Counted from the first letter of the stretch, positions 41,458-53,621 are shown. The stretch: DNA of 64,000 bases from Antedon mediterranea (GCF_964355755.1 NC_092673.1:25784269-25848268); one strand, 5' to 3'. Numbers and translations are program-made. Notes: generated by a model from the letters alone, not told the origin.

Positions 41458-44049
41458 AATCAAATCTACTATCAGTATTATGGGGTACTAAAATTCCATT
41501 CTACATTACATTTATTTCTCAACAATATACAACATAATTTTATTTACTGAAGAAAAGCATTAATTGTGGGCCAAAACAAAAAAAGAAAGATTATACTGTA
41601 AGAACAGAAGAAAATAATAACGAATAAAAATAAAATGTTTATTTTACTTGTACAACAATGGTAAAATGTTGTCTCTAAAAAAGACTATATAGTACATATA
41701 CTGTTTGTTCGATAAATGTTAGTTTAATAATCTGATGAGAGACAATCATACTATATAAATATAAAATATGAAATTGTTTAAAGCAGAAATTGTTGTACCT
41801 AATCTTATTTTCACATTTAAATTTCTTTGAATTAAAACTTGCTTAATTATGGTCAACATAATTTAGTATTAAGATTTAAAATCCTAAATTGATGACATAA
41901 TTTATTTTAAATTAGTGAATCTAAAAAGAAAAATAGTTAATCTAAATTCTAAAATTGTTTATTTTTAGTTTAGTTATATGTAAACTTAAATTAATTATAT
42001 AACTTATGTTAAAATCTGATTTCCAAATACTTTAGGTGCTAATGTCACCATGAGTTTAATTTATACAAGTATAAAATATATATATTAAATTATAAAAAAA
42101 TGATGATTATAAAAATATTTATAATAAAATGTAAATCGGAATATACAATAATGTAGTTGTGAAATTTATAACTCTATAGTCATGTCTCAACCATAGCATT
42201 AAAACAAACATTTAAAAGGCATTGATTCACACAGTAGAACTTATTTGGGACTTATTAGTAAGGCTACACTTTCATATGAAACAAATGGACAATATATGTT
42301 TTAACATGACAGCCAATATACGTTTTAACATGAAGGCAGGAGATACCTTATTAAGGAACACTCTATTGAATCGCAAAAGTGTCGCCATATATGGGTTCTG
42401 CTGTAGTTAAAAGTTTTAGCACCAAACTACCTTGATATTGACTTATAATGTTTTTTTATAAATGTTATCATTGATCACAAAAAAGAGGAAATTGATGCAT
42501 GCACATGATTTAACCAGCTGGTCTATGGGTGTCACCATGAAAGTAATGGTATCAGAAACAAAAAATGATATAAACCAAAAAAAGTTATGTGGTGTTACCA
42601 TAATTCAAAGGAACAGGCACGCAGAGTGAGGTATTGTTATTCAATTCAAAGAACATTATAAGCGTCCAAAAGACAAAAAGTAACAAAAACAACAATGGCA
42701 AGAGATAATTAAGAAAATGGACGAAGGCAGATCCCAGAAAGATGAGAATCTTGTGACAGGATTGACTTCACAAATTAATTAAAAATAGAAAATTATAAAA
42801 AAAATAAATAATTTGTTAAAAATGAAATTTAAAAAATATAATAACACCGGTGGATAAAAGTTTGAAAAAATAACGTAAAAATGATGAGCAGAAAAAAGTA
42901 CAGCTGCAGGGCATAGTAATGAATATGATGACAAAATAAATACTGTAATTCAATCTTTACAGAACTACCATGGGACACCAGGGAGGAGATGCTGCTATAC
43001 ACAATGAAGAAGACATGTCATGGGTGTCAAAAGAACACTCTTTTTAAAGAATATATAAACTCTAAATGTTATTTATTGATCATTGATCAACTGAAACAGA
43101 ATAATAATAATCATCCAGAGAAATGTTTTCATACAACTAAAAAATATGGAATTTTCGCCAATGAGCTATGCTCGACGCGATTATGAGATCATGTTCCGAA
43201 TATGAGCATTTTTTCTATAATTTGACAGTATGATTTATATATAATAATCATAGTTGTTTATGAGCCACACTCATAAATTGTACATTGTTGCATTTATGAT
43301 TTTAAGGCCACACATAGTTTTTATCTTTAGGGCGATGACTTTTAAAGCTGTAATATAATTTTATAATCATTATTTTACAGAACATCCTTTTCATTTTTAT
43401 TTGTTTCATAAATTTCAAAAAGAAAAACCCACACACCAAATATGGACATTTTTATATGAAAGAAGAAACTTATCCTGAATTCCTCATAGTGCAGACCACT
43501 GATCATTTTTTAAATATAATATTACATGATAATGTACTAAAATACCTTTCAAACAGGAAAAATAAATAGATATTAATAGTAATACAATATATTTAAATAG
43601 ATGCCACAGACCAAGGTTATCAAACCACATTTGATAGCCCAATACAAACCAATTTTAAGGACATCCTTCTATGGGAAAACCTGTGATTCCACCCTTCTTC
43701 TGGTTTCAAGGCGATGGAGAACCAGACATAATTCATTATGTTATTCATAATCATAAATATAAATCATATATCATTTTTCATCAATCATGTGTAAAGTGGC
43801 GTAACGTGAGGCCCCTGGTTTAAGAACCCTAAATCCTCGGGCGTTTTTGGCCTTTTTCGACATTATTAATGCCTGTTTTTTCCTCTGGTCACTGCTCATG
43901 GGCCCGTGAAAATTATTATATCATGTATAATGTTTAAGGTATAATTTATTATGTGTAATGTTAAATGTATAATATATTAGTTTAACTCAGTTAGTGAAGG
44001 ATCTGGACCAACAGGTGGTAAACACCTCTAAAACGGTCCAGTCCCAATT

Positions 44050-44290
44050 TGCACAGTGGCTGTGTTTGTGTGGACTAGTACACCGGGGTAACCCCCTACT
44101 CGTCTCGAAAGATGTACTAGGTTCTTTAAAGTGCGCATGAGCTATGTGTACACTGGACCTACGGTTTATAGTCCTTATCCGAGAAGACTCGTTCTACCAC
44201 CAGAACCATGGAGCGAGTGAGCCTCGAACCCTTGCCGATGATATGGCTACGTAATTACGGTTCCACTGTCTTAACCGCTCGGCCACTCAC
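44050..44290 (-). mobile_element. Family-1 tRNA-derived SINE, the best-preserved copy.
   Basis: ...accagaaccatggagcgagtgagcctcgaacccttgccgatg...ggttccactgtcttaaccgctcggccactcactcgct. Confidence 0.75.
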
Positions 44291-44683
44291 TCGCTAACCC
44301 TCACTTATTAGACATTTCATATAGGTGAGAACCAACCAAGATCATCACATCACTTTTAGTAAGCCTAAATCATGTGAGTGCAGTGCTTACTAATGGTTAT
44401 GGGCATAAAGAAAACAACATTGGTTGGTTGGTTTGCTGTCATGTCTATGGATGCAGGTAGAAAAGCTTCTTTTTCTTCTTATTTAAAAAGAAACTGCTTG
44501 AATTTAATATTAAACGGTTCCGTTTTAACTTCCTGCAAGGAGTCTTGCCGCTTGTTAGTGAACTAAACTATGGGAAAATGTGTTCGTATATCGTAGTAAC
44601 CACTAATTGTATCATATTTCAAAAAAAGGACGTTTCCACAAAAACCACATTCACAATGCATACATAAAGCAATATTTAAAGTA

Positions 44684-44965
44684 TTACATCCAGGATTTTT
44701 TAAATTGTTGACCAAACATTAAAGATATGACATTTATACACCCTTCCAAAAAAATTAAGGGTGGATATTCTAAATGGTATTCTATAAACATTTCTATACA
44801 GGAAGTAAAATCTAATGGTAGAAAAACCAAGCTTTTGTGATTTCCCTGAAGTTCCAGGATGAACATTAAAAAGACTAGAAAACCCAAGCTTTTTGGCATT
44901 TCCCAAGACACACAAGATGAATGTTTTCTAAAGCAGGGGAAAATCATGTGATTGGTGCTGGGGTC
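44684..44965 (-). CDS. STX18: Putative last coding exon of STX18 with a hydrophobic tail-anchor segment (KSLGFLVFLMFILEL) and the stop codon. The acceptor choice is uncertain.
   Basis: ORF 44684..44947(-). The only phase-0 acceptor that puts the hydrophobic segment in frame is ccttag|gacccc. The exon holds a 57-bp tandem duplication. The C-terminal tail after the hydrophobic segment is atypically long for a SNARE. Confidence 0.35.
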   Translation of the reverse strand, partial: DPSTNHMIFPCFRKHSSCVSWEMPKSLGFLVFLMFILELQGNHKSLVFLPLDFTSCIEMFIEYHLEYPPLIFLEGCINVISLMFGQQFKKSWM

Positions 44966-45754
44966 CTAAGGACAACCAAATTGACTCCTTACGAACTTTT
45001 TATAAAGAATGATTTAGTTTAGTAAGCCTTAATGTCAAGTGGAGTATGATTAAATTATATATTTAAAAAGTTTAAGCTGAAGATATTTAACTTTATTTTT
45101 ATCTAATTTTATTATCTTCATTTCTACTATTGATCTGTCCAACTCAAAAACAGAATATGTTCATAAACAAAAAAAATGTAAATTTGTTGATGATCTGTAA
45201 TATTTCGATATTTTTATGACGCAATCACAAATAAACCACTATTTGTATAATTTTCTTGCTTGTTTATTGTTTATACTTTATATCAGGATAAATTTTATAT
45301 ACAAAATGAATAATTAATTGTACCAATCAAGGAATAATAATGTAAATGAGCACATAAACAAGAAAAATAAAATCCACACTCGAAGACTTGCATTATTCTT
45401 GATAGCCTGGGGAAAAAATTAAAATAAGAATTAGCGAAAAATTAAGTAATAATTATTTTTACATACCTAAATTGATTCTTTAATGATTTGATATCTTTTA
45501 ATAAGCGCTTTCATTTCGAAAGGTTTAGGCCTTGGCATAGCGTCTCGTTAAAAGTAGGTGCGTTATAAAACAAATGTTTATATTCGTGCAATGTTACAAA
45601 TAATTTCATTCGGTGAAGGATGAAATGTTCTGTTTTAGAGATAGAAACCTATCATCTTTCACCTCATGAAATTATTTGTACCATTCCACTCATAAACATT
45701 CATTATTTGTATAACTAGTATATTTCAGAATGTAACATCATTAATGCAACTCAC

Positions 45755-45835
45755 TTCTCTTATAGCTTCTGTAGCACCTTCAACATTCTCAGTAGATGTC
45801 ACAGCTTTTTCTATAACTTGATCAATAACATTATC
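45755..45835 (-). CDS. STX18: STX18 exon (DNVIDQVIEKAVTSTENVEGATEAIRE) in the SNARE-motif region.
   Basis: Acceptor caatag|gat and donor gaa|gtgagt. Aligns to human ...QLVVGATENIKEGNEDIREA. Confidence 0.7.
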
Positions 45836-46334
45836 CTATTGAGTAAGCAAAGATATTTTATTTACTTATTTGGTGCAATAATAATTCAATATTAAAAATG
45901 GGTTTATTTTTTTAGATAACTGCTTACTATGGTACCATAAGATGATGATAACACAATACATATGCATATATATATTTTAGTGCATAATAATTCATTTTTA
46001 AAAAGTACATGTTTTGCAAATTTTTTGACAAATTCCTTAATATAGTACAGGAATTGTTTTATCAAAAAATTGGCACATTTTTACCATTATAATTTTTTTA
46101 CGCAACTGCTTTAATATGGTAACATAAGATAAGATGCAATATATATGCATATATATTAATTTGAGTGCATACAAATTCATTTGTAATTATTTTTTGTACA
46201 TAATAATTCATTTTTAAAAAGTCCATATTTTTGCCATTTTTCGACAAATTCAACAAATCATAAAATTATTTGTACCATTGCACTCATAAACATTCATTAT
46301 TTTGTATAATATACCACTGTATAAATGTTTTCAC

Positions 46335-46404
46335 CTGTTTTACAACCTCATCCATAAACACTGTTTGTAAAGCTGCAATATCTACAACCTTTCCTTCTAG
46401 TTCT
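46335..46404 (-). CDS. STX18: STX18 exon (R)ELEGKVVDIAALQTVFMDEVVKQ.
   Basis: Acceptor ttttag|aga and donor cag|gtgaaa. Aligns to human IEGRVVEISRLQEIFTEKVLQQ. Confidence 0.75.
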
Positions 46405-46906
46405 CTAAAAAAATAAAAGAAGCTAATTTATTAAAAAACATCAACACTAAACTATTAAACTGGATTTTGGCTCCCAAATATGCAGATGCTGTTGTTAAAG
46501 CCACTCAATTCTTCCTCCCTGAGAGTTCATGCAAAACATACAAAAATATTCTTAAATTTAATTTGAACAATTACAGTATATCTATCTATCAACCGAGACT
46601 CGAACCCGAAACCTTCTGCTTGATATGTAGATATCCTAACCATTAGACCACTGGGCTTTCATGGTATTGTTCAAACTCGATTGGAACACCTCTAGTCCCT
46701 CAATATATATATATCTTTTGACCATATAAATATTAATATTTTTTAATTTATTTTAATTGTTTACATTTGTATATTATAACCTGTATATTGTTTTTTACAT
46801 TGTACAATGAACACAAATTGGTGGTTTCATTTACAATTTCTGGCTTTTAAAATATGAGTGGAGGAGGAGGGCCATCAAACATTTTAGAAAGAAAGAGAAG
46901 TGATCT

Positions 46907-46962
46907 TATTATTTACCTGACTTCATCAAGATTATTTTTCTCCTGCAGCATCATCTGGTTTT
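46907..46962 (-). CDS. STX18: STX18 exon FQQENQMMLQEKNNLDEV(R).
   Basis: Acceptor tatttcag|ttc and donor ag|gtaaat. Aligns to human [22 protein letters not shown]. Confidence 0.75.
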
Positions 46963-47771
46963 CTTGTTGGAACTGAAATAATAAAAATAAATCAAAAATT
47001 CAAGATATAAATTTGCATATTTCGGCAGAGCATAGCACCCTCAATTTGACGATTTTAGCAAAATGAAAAGAAATATGGTGCTTTTAGTGTAGGAAGGGGG
47101 AGAGAACGAAAGTGATAATTTAAATAATTTTGTTTGGATTATTAATTATGAAAAAGCTTATTTTCTCCACAAAATTCTTATGAAATGTGTTTTTTTAAAG
47201 AATAGTGGTAACAAATTATAATAAGTTGGAATAATTTGCCGGCATTCCAGTAATAATTTATACGCAAAATTTATTTTTTAAAAAAAACACTATAGAAGCC
47301 AAAGTTCAGAATGATTTGAATGGCAAATCACCTAATTTTTAACTAACTATAGAGGGGGTTGTACAGTACTGTAAGGAAAATATTTTAAACCAATCATTTT
47401 TCCTATACTTGTTATACCCAGTTCAATTGAATTGGAATATTTTATTTAAACTTGGTAACCTCTCCCGTCTCCAAGAGGGCCCAGTTATGATCAGTGGATG
47501 TGATATACTAGTACACTGGATACAACCTCTCATCTCAAAAGATGTACTAGGTTCTTTAGATTGCACAAAGAGCTAGATGTGTAGTATAACACTGGACCTA
47601 CAGTTTATAGTCCTTATCCAAAAAGACTCATTCTACCACCAGAACCATGGAGCGAGTGAGTCTTGTATCATTGCCGATATTACGGCCACTCACTCACTCT
47701 AACGAATGAAATTTGTTATACCTGTTAGTACTGGGAATACACAAGCTTAAAGAAATTAATGAATAAAGTAC

Positions 47772-47842
47772 CATTGCAATTTCTTCAGGAGATAGCTCAT
47801 TGTCAGAATACTCTTCATGATTAGTTACTTGGTTTGATAAAT
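47772..47842 (-). CDS. STX18: STX18 exon ..LSNQVTNHEEYSDNELSPEEIAM.
   Basis: Acceptor tatttcag|at (phase 1 in) and donor atg|gtactt. Aligns to human GEDELSPEEIQM. An in-frame stop 8 codons upstream fixes the acceptor. Confidence 0.65.
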
Positions 47843-49239
47843 CTGAAATAGAATATAAAAATCAATCCCCAGATTACAAATGCTCACTTTACTGTGCTGT
47901 ATATATACGAAAATAGGGAGAATATTTTACCAGTCACTTTTCTATTAACTATTTCAATAGCAAATCAAACACAAGAACGATCAAACAAAAACGATCAAAC
48001 AATCGGTGGTTGCCACACACAACCCACGCATCTGACATACGCAAACAAAACGTTATCTCATCCGGCCGTGTTTACCAGCGGAAAAAGTCTGATCGTTTTG
48101 CAGATTGTTGTGCTATACATGGGAGTGTTATTTCCGGGCCAACTAGAGGTGCCATTTATCATGAATTTTATGTGAGCGAGAGTACCATTTCCGACCTGGG
48201 GTGTTATTTACAAAAGGGGCCTGTGGCTCAAATACTTAGTATCTGGACCCCCCGCCCCCTATTTAAAAATCCTGGATCCACCCCTTTATACAAATATGTT
48301 ATATACCTGAATTAGAAGTGGTTGCTTTTCTTAAATTTAACCCAGAGGCAAACTTGGCTTTACTGTTTTTGAGCTGGACAGATTCTAACCGAGAGCTGAA
48401 ACAGAAAGTAAGTATAAAAAGAAGTTAAGAGCCATTGTCTGTAAAAATCAAAGATTTGGTGGCAGATGTAAAAAAATGGATTTCTCTCAAATTTTTACCA
48501 TGAATAGACATTTCAATAAAAAGCATATCTATAACATTCATTTTAATTTTTAGCCTCCGTTGCCATGACAACGGTCAATTATCCAAATGTTGATGTTTTT
48601 GCCATTTTTCACAGATTTTCTATAGTGAAAAAGTACAAACTTGTATACTTATTTTAACCAAAAATACTTACAGTATACAGTTTTTGTTTATAGCAGTGTA
48701 AACAACATGTATTGAGTTCCATTTAATGTAGAAAAAAAATAAATTACAAAATGGAGTTTGGTTGATACCATTATTTTAAAAAGGGGTGTTTTTAAAAAAT
48801 ATTTTTTTTATAAAAGTATACCTCATAAACGTACCTATAACTTCTAAAGTGGTGTTTTTAAATCAATGAGGTTTTTTTAATTTGATAGTCAATAGGTTTG
48901 TCAACAATAATCATGAAAAAAACACTGGGGTAAATTTCGTACATAGGTTCTGTGTTGCCAGGAAAATACGAAAAATACAAAAAATGTAACAAAATATCAA
49001 CAAACAAAACACATGAAACACAATTTAAATATGGCTAATCCAATAATAAAATGTATATGTGGCTTGCTATAATGCTACTAGAGTCATACGAATAGTTTAG
49101 ATAAAATAGGAGAATGTGTTGCCAGGTTTATTTCAATTAATTGCCAGAAAAACAGTATTTTGCATTGAAATATTTAGTTGATGGAAAATAATGTTAAACT
49201 TGGAAATAGTTGCGTCAATGGTTTTTATAAATTTTTAAA

Positions 49240-50830
49240 TCTTGTGTAAAGAGATACAGAAAGACCTCTTAAAATATCTGACCTTGTAAATAGGTCATTT
49301 GAGGTCAAAAGGGGTCAGAATGCAAAACAGAACAGGTCCCCACTTTACTACAACTATTAATTTTTGATCAAAATTTACAAGATAGTTCATAACAATTCTC
49401 AACAATTTTCATATTTTACCTATAGTGTTACCTTAGCAACCATTTCTATGTGTAACTAAGGAAAGTAATTTTAAAAAAAACGTAAAAAATGGCGTTTTTA
49501 TAAATACAAAGAATTGATTGCATTTGTAATTTTTCTCAATTTTACTTCTACTGCATTCCATTAATGACAAACTTGACCTTGTAAATTCATTCATTTTGAG
49601 GTCAAAATTTTACCATAGTGACTGTTTCTATGCGAAAATTTCAAAAAAATAAGGAGTTTTTCATAAATACAAAACATTTTTTCTACATAGTTTTACATTT
49701 CTACTTTTTGCCAAATTTACTTTAAATACTGAATCCTAATAATCTCAGAAAGAAAGTCTTGACGAATCTTAATAAAGGTAAAAAAATGACCTTTAGTGTT
49801 ATCTTAAACCTGTTTACGTAACTAATGATATTTAAAAAAAAAAATTAAATATGGAGTTTTCATGAAAAAAAAAATGTTTACATATTGAGGTCAAATGACA
49901 TCAACATTTTACCTATAGTGTATTGTAGCAACTGTTTCTATACGTAACTAAGTACAATATTTTTAATATGGGGTTTCATGACTACAAACAATTGATAACA
50001 TAGCTTTACTACCTTTTCCCAAATTTACTTATCTACTGAATCCCAGAAAATGTCTGAGCTTGTGAAAGGGTCATTTGTTGGGTCAAGTTATGTCAAAATG
50101 TATTATTAATGTTTGTTAGAACCTGTTTCTATGCGTAACTAAGGATAATTGTTTTTTTAAATACAGTTGAACCTCCCGTAAGTGGCCACCCTTGGGACCT
50201 GGAAAAGTGGCCGCTTATAATTGTAGGCCTATTATTATTTATAATCAGGTGGTTTAGTATTTTTTAGCATTTTCAGACAAATTTTAAAAACTTTTATCAT
50301 ATGAAAAATGGTCGGTCAAAATCTGTGTAGTTTTCTCATCTCTTAACAGTAATGTTTTTAAAACCTCTTCAAAATAAAGCTAATATATAAAGAAATACAA
50401 TAAACATGCACCTCTAATTCATAGGTCCATGCAATAAGTATCACATTTTTCGATTGGCCGCTTACAAAAAATCTCATTTTGTATAAAAAGGTGCCCGCAG
50501 CTGCTTACGGTAAGCACTAAATGCACTACTTAGATAGGAAGAACAAACAGGCTTTTCAAAGTGCGTCCGTTAAGGGAGGTGGCCGCTGTAAATAAAATAT
50601 GGGGTTTTCATGAATAAAAATAATCACAGAAGAAAGTGCTTACGAATATGACCTTGTGAAACGGTAATTTGAAAATGCAAATAAGGCATGCCTGCTACTA
50701 ATCTACAAATTTAAATTTGTATAAGATAAATATGCAAAATCTAAAGAATATCTCAATTTTAGTTACCATAGTAACTGTTGCTATGCATAACTAAGGGAAA
50801 TTAAATAATTATCAGATAATTATTAATTAA
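49240..50830. repeat. Degenerate minisatellite array with units of about 300-330 bp and about 5 copies, inside an STX18 intron. Units carry clustered nuclear-receptor-like half-sites (TGACCTTGTAAATAGGTCATTTGAGGTCAAAAGGGGTCA) and the block ACCATAGTRACTGTTTCTATGCGTAACTAAGG.
   Basis: Recurrent motifs appear at about 49281, 49571, 49880, 50050 and 50650. A foldback of about 420 bp with GGCCGC motifs (50165-50585) interrupts one unit. Confidence 0.6.
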
Positions 50831-51099
50831 TAATTAATACTGAATCCAACCATCACAGTAAAAAAAATTTAGAATTTAAAACCAATATTTAATAATAAAG
50901 TGTGATATTTTACATGCTGACCTTAAATGAAATGAAATTTCAAATCAGGGCTTCAATATTTGTTATGTAGCATTAACATACCTGAGTATATCATTGACTT
51001 TTGATTGGTTCTATTTTGGGGAGGGGAAAGTGGTGGATCCAGGACTTTTAAATAGTTAGGTGGTTGAAGGCGAGGGTCTAAAAACTTAACTTTATGTCC

Positions 51100-51360
51100 T
51101 ATCTTTTGCATTGCAATTTTTAACTTGGGGTGGGTGGCGGCTTGGAGAAAGGGGGAGGGGGTGGAATGGAGGAGTTTGAATCCGTCTATTCATTGGAGCG
51201 ATAGTAGCGGCAGTGTGGGTGGTGCTTGAAATGCATGCATTTGACACTCTATAGTGGATGATCGACCAAAGTGTTGCAGTTTATCTTTTTGTGGTTATAG
51301 TCGTGGTGGGGGGGGAGGGGTGGTAGTCGAAAGTGGTGGTAGATGGGCATGTGGGATCTG
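51100..51360 (+). repeat. G-rich, G-quadruplex-prone block on the plus strand (GGGGTGGGTGGCGGC...GGGGGAGGGGGTGG...GTGGTGGGGGGGGAGGGGTGG). It is the C-rich template strand of the STX18 intron.
   Basis: Multiple runs of three or more Gs, with short loops, are visible directly. Confidence 0.5.
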
Positions 51361-52430
51361 CTTAGGTTAGCAAATAAAAGAAGTAAACAAATGAAAGAGG
51401 AGCTTCAAAATAAGAGAGGAGTAATCTGTTGCAAAGATTAAAATTCACAACGATCTGATAATTTATTCAAATTTCCAGAGGATATAACCTATAAAATGAC
51501 ATTAAAACTGGGAATTACAGAATCTATAATTAAAAATTAATTTTTTTTCTCTCAACACAACTAGAACTATATAAAACATTAAGAATTTTTCTGACCAATG
51601 AGTTTCAAATCAAATAATCAAAGAAAATAAAATGTTTTTACTAATATACCATGTTTTTTTTTTATAAAAATGCCTATGTTTCTTGCAACACTGCTTGTAG
51701 ATTTTAAATTTACCCCAGTATTTTATTTTAGAAATCAATTATTAAACATTAGAACTACCTATTTGTAATAAATCAGCTAAAAAAATACACCACTTTGGGC
51801 GTTATGGTGAAGTAAAGTTTAGTTGCATTGAACAATTTAAAAAAAGTGAAAAACACCCCTTTTTAAATAAATGGTATCTCCCAAAGTATGAAATAAAAAA
51901 AAAAAAAAAAATTTGAAACAGGTACACAATGCATTGTTATTATGCATACACTAATTATTTTGTTATAATTAAATGAACAAAACAAAAATATTGTTCATCA
52001 AAGTAGTACCAATATCCATTTTAAAAAACCTTAAAAAAGGACAAAAACACAAATTTGGCCGTTGCCATGGAAATATACGTGTGAAAAAAAAAATACTTCA
52101 TATTTGGTTTCTCTCAACATATATATAGCCATGTGCAAAATTTGAAAGAAATCCATTTTTTTGATTCTGCCACTCTTTTTGATATTTCTTTGATTCTTAC
52201 AGACAATGGCTCTTAAATATCTTACATAACATATAGTATGTTTGTACATAGGTCAAACCAATTTGGTTAGTCCAGAGTATGTGTGTTACAGTTAGTTTTT
52301 ATTGTATTTTAAACTTGTTACAAGAGATGCCATACCTTTTATTTGAAGGGTAAAGTTTTTATCTAAATTAACATACAATTAAAGGAAAATTTAAATAAAT
52401 CCTCCAGTTAGATTCAGTACAACACCTAAT

Positions 52431-52640
52431 AATAATATCCTGGATTTATATAGCGCCTAAATGTTGTGAAACCTCTAAGCGCTGAGCATTATTACCACAT
52501 AATGTGGTCTTGATCTAACCGGCTTTCCATTTATAAACCTGGGTGGAGAGAGGCAAACGTAAGTAAAGTATCTTGCCTAAGGATACAAGCAATGCGGCGA
52601 GAGTTGGATTCGAACCTCGATCACACGTCCTATTAAGAGG
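52431..52640 (-). mobile_element. Family-2 tRNA-derived SINE (about 330-bp unit) with a T-arm-like GGTTCGAATCC motif and an (ATT)n tail. Other copies lie at 7215-7390, 34930-35400 (split by a family-A MITE), about 35490-35640, 39870-39990 (head GGGCGTGTGGCGCAGT...GGGTTCAAATCC) and 61384-61520.
   Basis: Shared blocks are CTAAGCGCTGAACATTATTACC, GCAGCTAGTA[CA]TCAGCGCAAAGTTGTGTCTTGATCTAACCGG and CACCCAGGTGTATAAATGGGTACC. The GFEPMTS-type ORF artefacts are diagnostic of translated T-arms. Confidence 0.65.
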
Positions 52641-52784
52641 ACACTTTCCTGTGAAACTAATTAGAAGCAATATATGTTTCAACTTTATGGCAATCATTTG
52701 TGTCCTGAAGGCGTCCCCTAAAAGGGGGTTCTACTGCACAACAAACATAGCAGGTTACCAGTTCCATATACAGTAGGTACGTAC

Positions 52785-52851
52785 ATTCTTTTCTTGTCAA
52801 CCACTTTCTTGACACGTAAAGCTCTCTGTTCACTGTATAGCTTACAAACAC
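52785..52851 (-). CDS. STX18: STX18 exon (G)[21 protein letters not shown].
   Basis: Acceptor tttacag|gtg and donor aat|gtacgt (phase 2 out). Matches human [21 protein letters not shown] almost exactly. Confidence 0.8.
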
Positions 52852-53543
52852 CTGTAAATAATATGTAAAATTTCCTCAATAAAATAATTTAATTTCCAGA
52901 AAAAAATTGTTTAGTTGAATCTCCCTGCACATAGACCTCTCATAAATAGACACCACACACGCAATGGACACACATCGATAAGTATGTATGTTCTTCATAT
53001 ATACTGCAAATATTATTCTCCCTATCCGACTGAACAATCCTAAAAATGTTTATATATTTTTAGTGTTAAAATGTCCAAATGTGACCTCCATCCACACTCA
53101 TGTTTCTCTGAATCAAATTTATAATTAATCTATGTTTTATTAGAATGTACTGTATTATTTGATGTGTGTGGAAAATTTAATCAAATAAACAAAAAAACAT
53201 CTACAATTTACCAATACAAAATCTTTAATACAAAATTGTGAATAATTTATAATGAACTAATAAATTACAAGGAAAAAAGAGTTTCCACGAAGTATAATAA
53301 TAATTGTTATACAGTGCCTAATACATATTTTTCTAGGCGCTTTACACACAAAAAAAGAAAAAAAAAATATCCAAAAATAACGAAAGCATATTGAAGGTGA
53401 TGCAGGAAAAGATTTTTACCGCACTTTTCTGCAACGAAAACTCGTTAAAACATGATTCACAGGAACCGAAGTTTGTCAAACTTGCTGTATGTGGACATTT
53501 TTTCGTGACCCCTTATGGGAGTCTGTGTAATAGATGTACGAAC

Positions 53544-53621
53544 CTTTTAAGTAATTGTCTAATAGTTCAAACGTAGCTTCTCTGTGTTTTTGTACCTCTT
53601 CTGTTGCCTCCTGCTTCATTG
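53544..53621 (-). CDS. STX18: STX18 exon (A)MKQEATEEVQKHREATFELLDNYLK.
   Basis: Acceptor ttaatag|caatg and donor aaag|gttcgt. Aligns to human AHKEIHSQQVKEHRTAVLDFIEDYLKR. The frame matches ORF 53476..53703(-). Confidence 0.75.

Larger units (their letters stand above)
48241..52215. repeat. Composite element of about 4 kb bounded by long inverted repeats. The left arm is 48241-48960 and the right arm, in reverse orientation, is about 51560-52215. The core holds the minisatellite, a G-rich block and an inverted copy (51010-51060) of the arm-tip motif CTATTTAAAARTCCTGGATCCACC.
   Basis: 48410-48590 is the reverse complement of 52040-52215 (GAGCCATTGTCTGTAARAATCAAAG...TTGCCATGRCAACGG). 48760-48960 is the reverse complement of 51640-51890 (AAAAAGGGGTGTTTTT...ACTGGGGTAAATTT). 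No ORF is evident. Confidence 0.5.

Noticed and set aside
46575-46665. tRNA-like sequence on the minus strand (GCCCAGTGGTCTAATGGTTAGGATATC...TTCGGGTTCGAGTCTCGG). A similar one is at 14570-14650.
   Set aside because: The D-arm and T-arm are recognisable. However, the anticodon arm cannot form (4-nt loop) and the 3' end does not pair with the 5' acceptor strand. This is a SINE head or tRNA pseudogene, not a functional tRNA.
48010-48315. 101-aa plus-strand ORF (MPHTTHASDIRKQNV...) and the overlapping minus-strand open frame.
   Set aside because: It lies in the left arm of the long-inverted-repeat element. The right arm has the inverted copy with a disrupted frame. There is no similarity to a transposase that I can recognise and no splice context. 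I also tested it as the missing STX18 exon, but the phase and composition do not fit.
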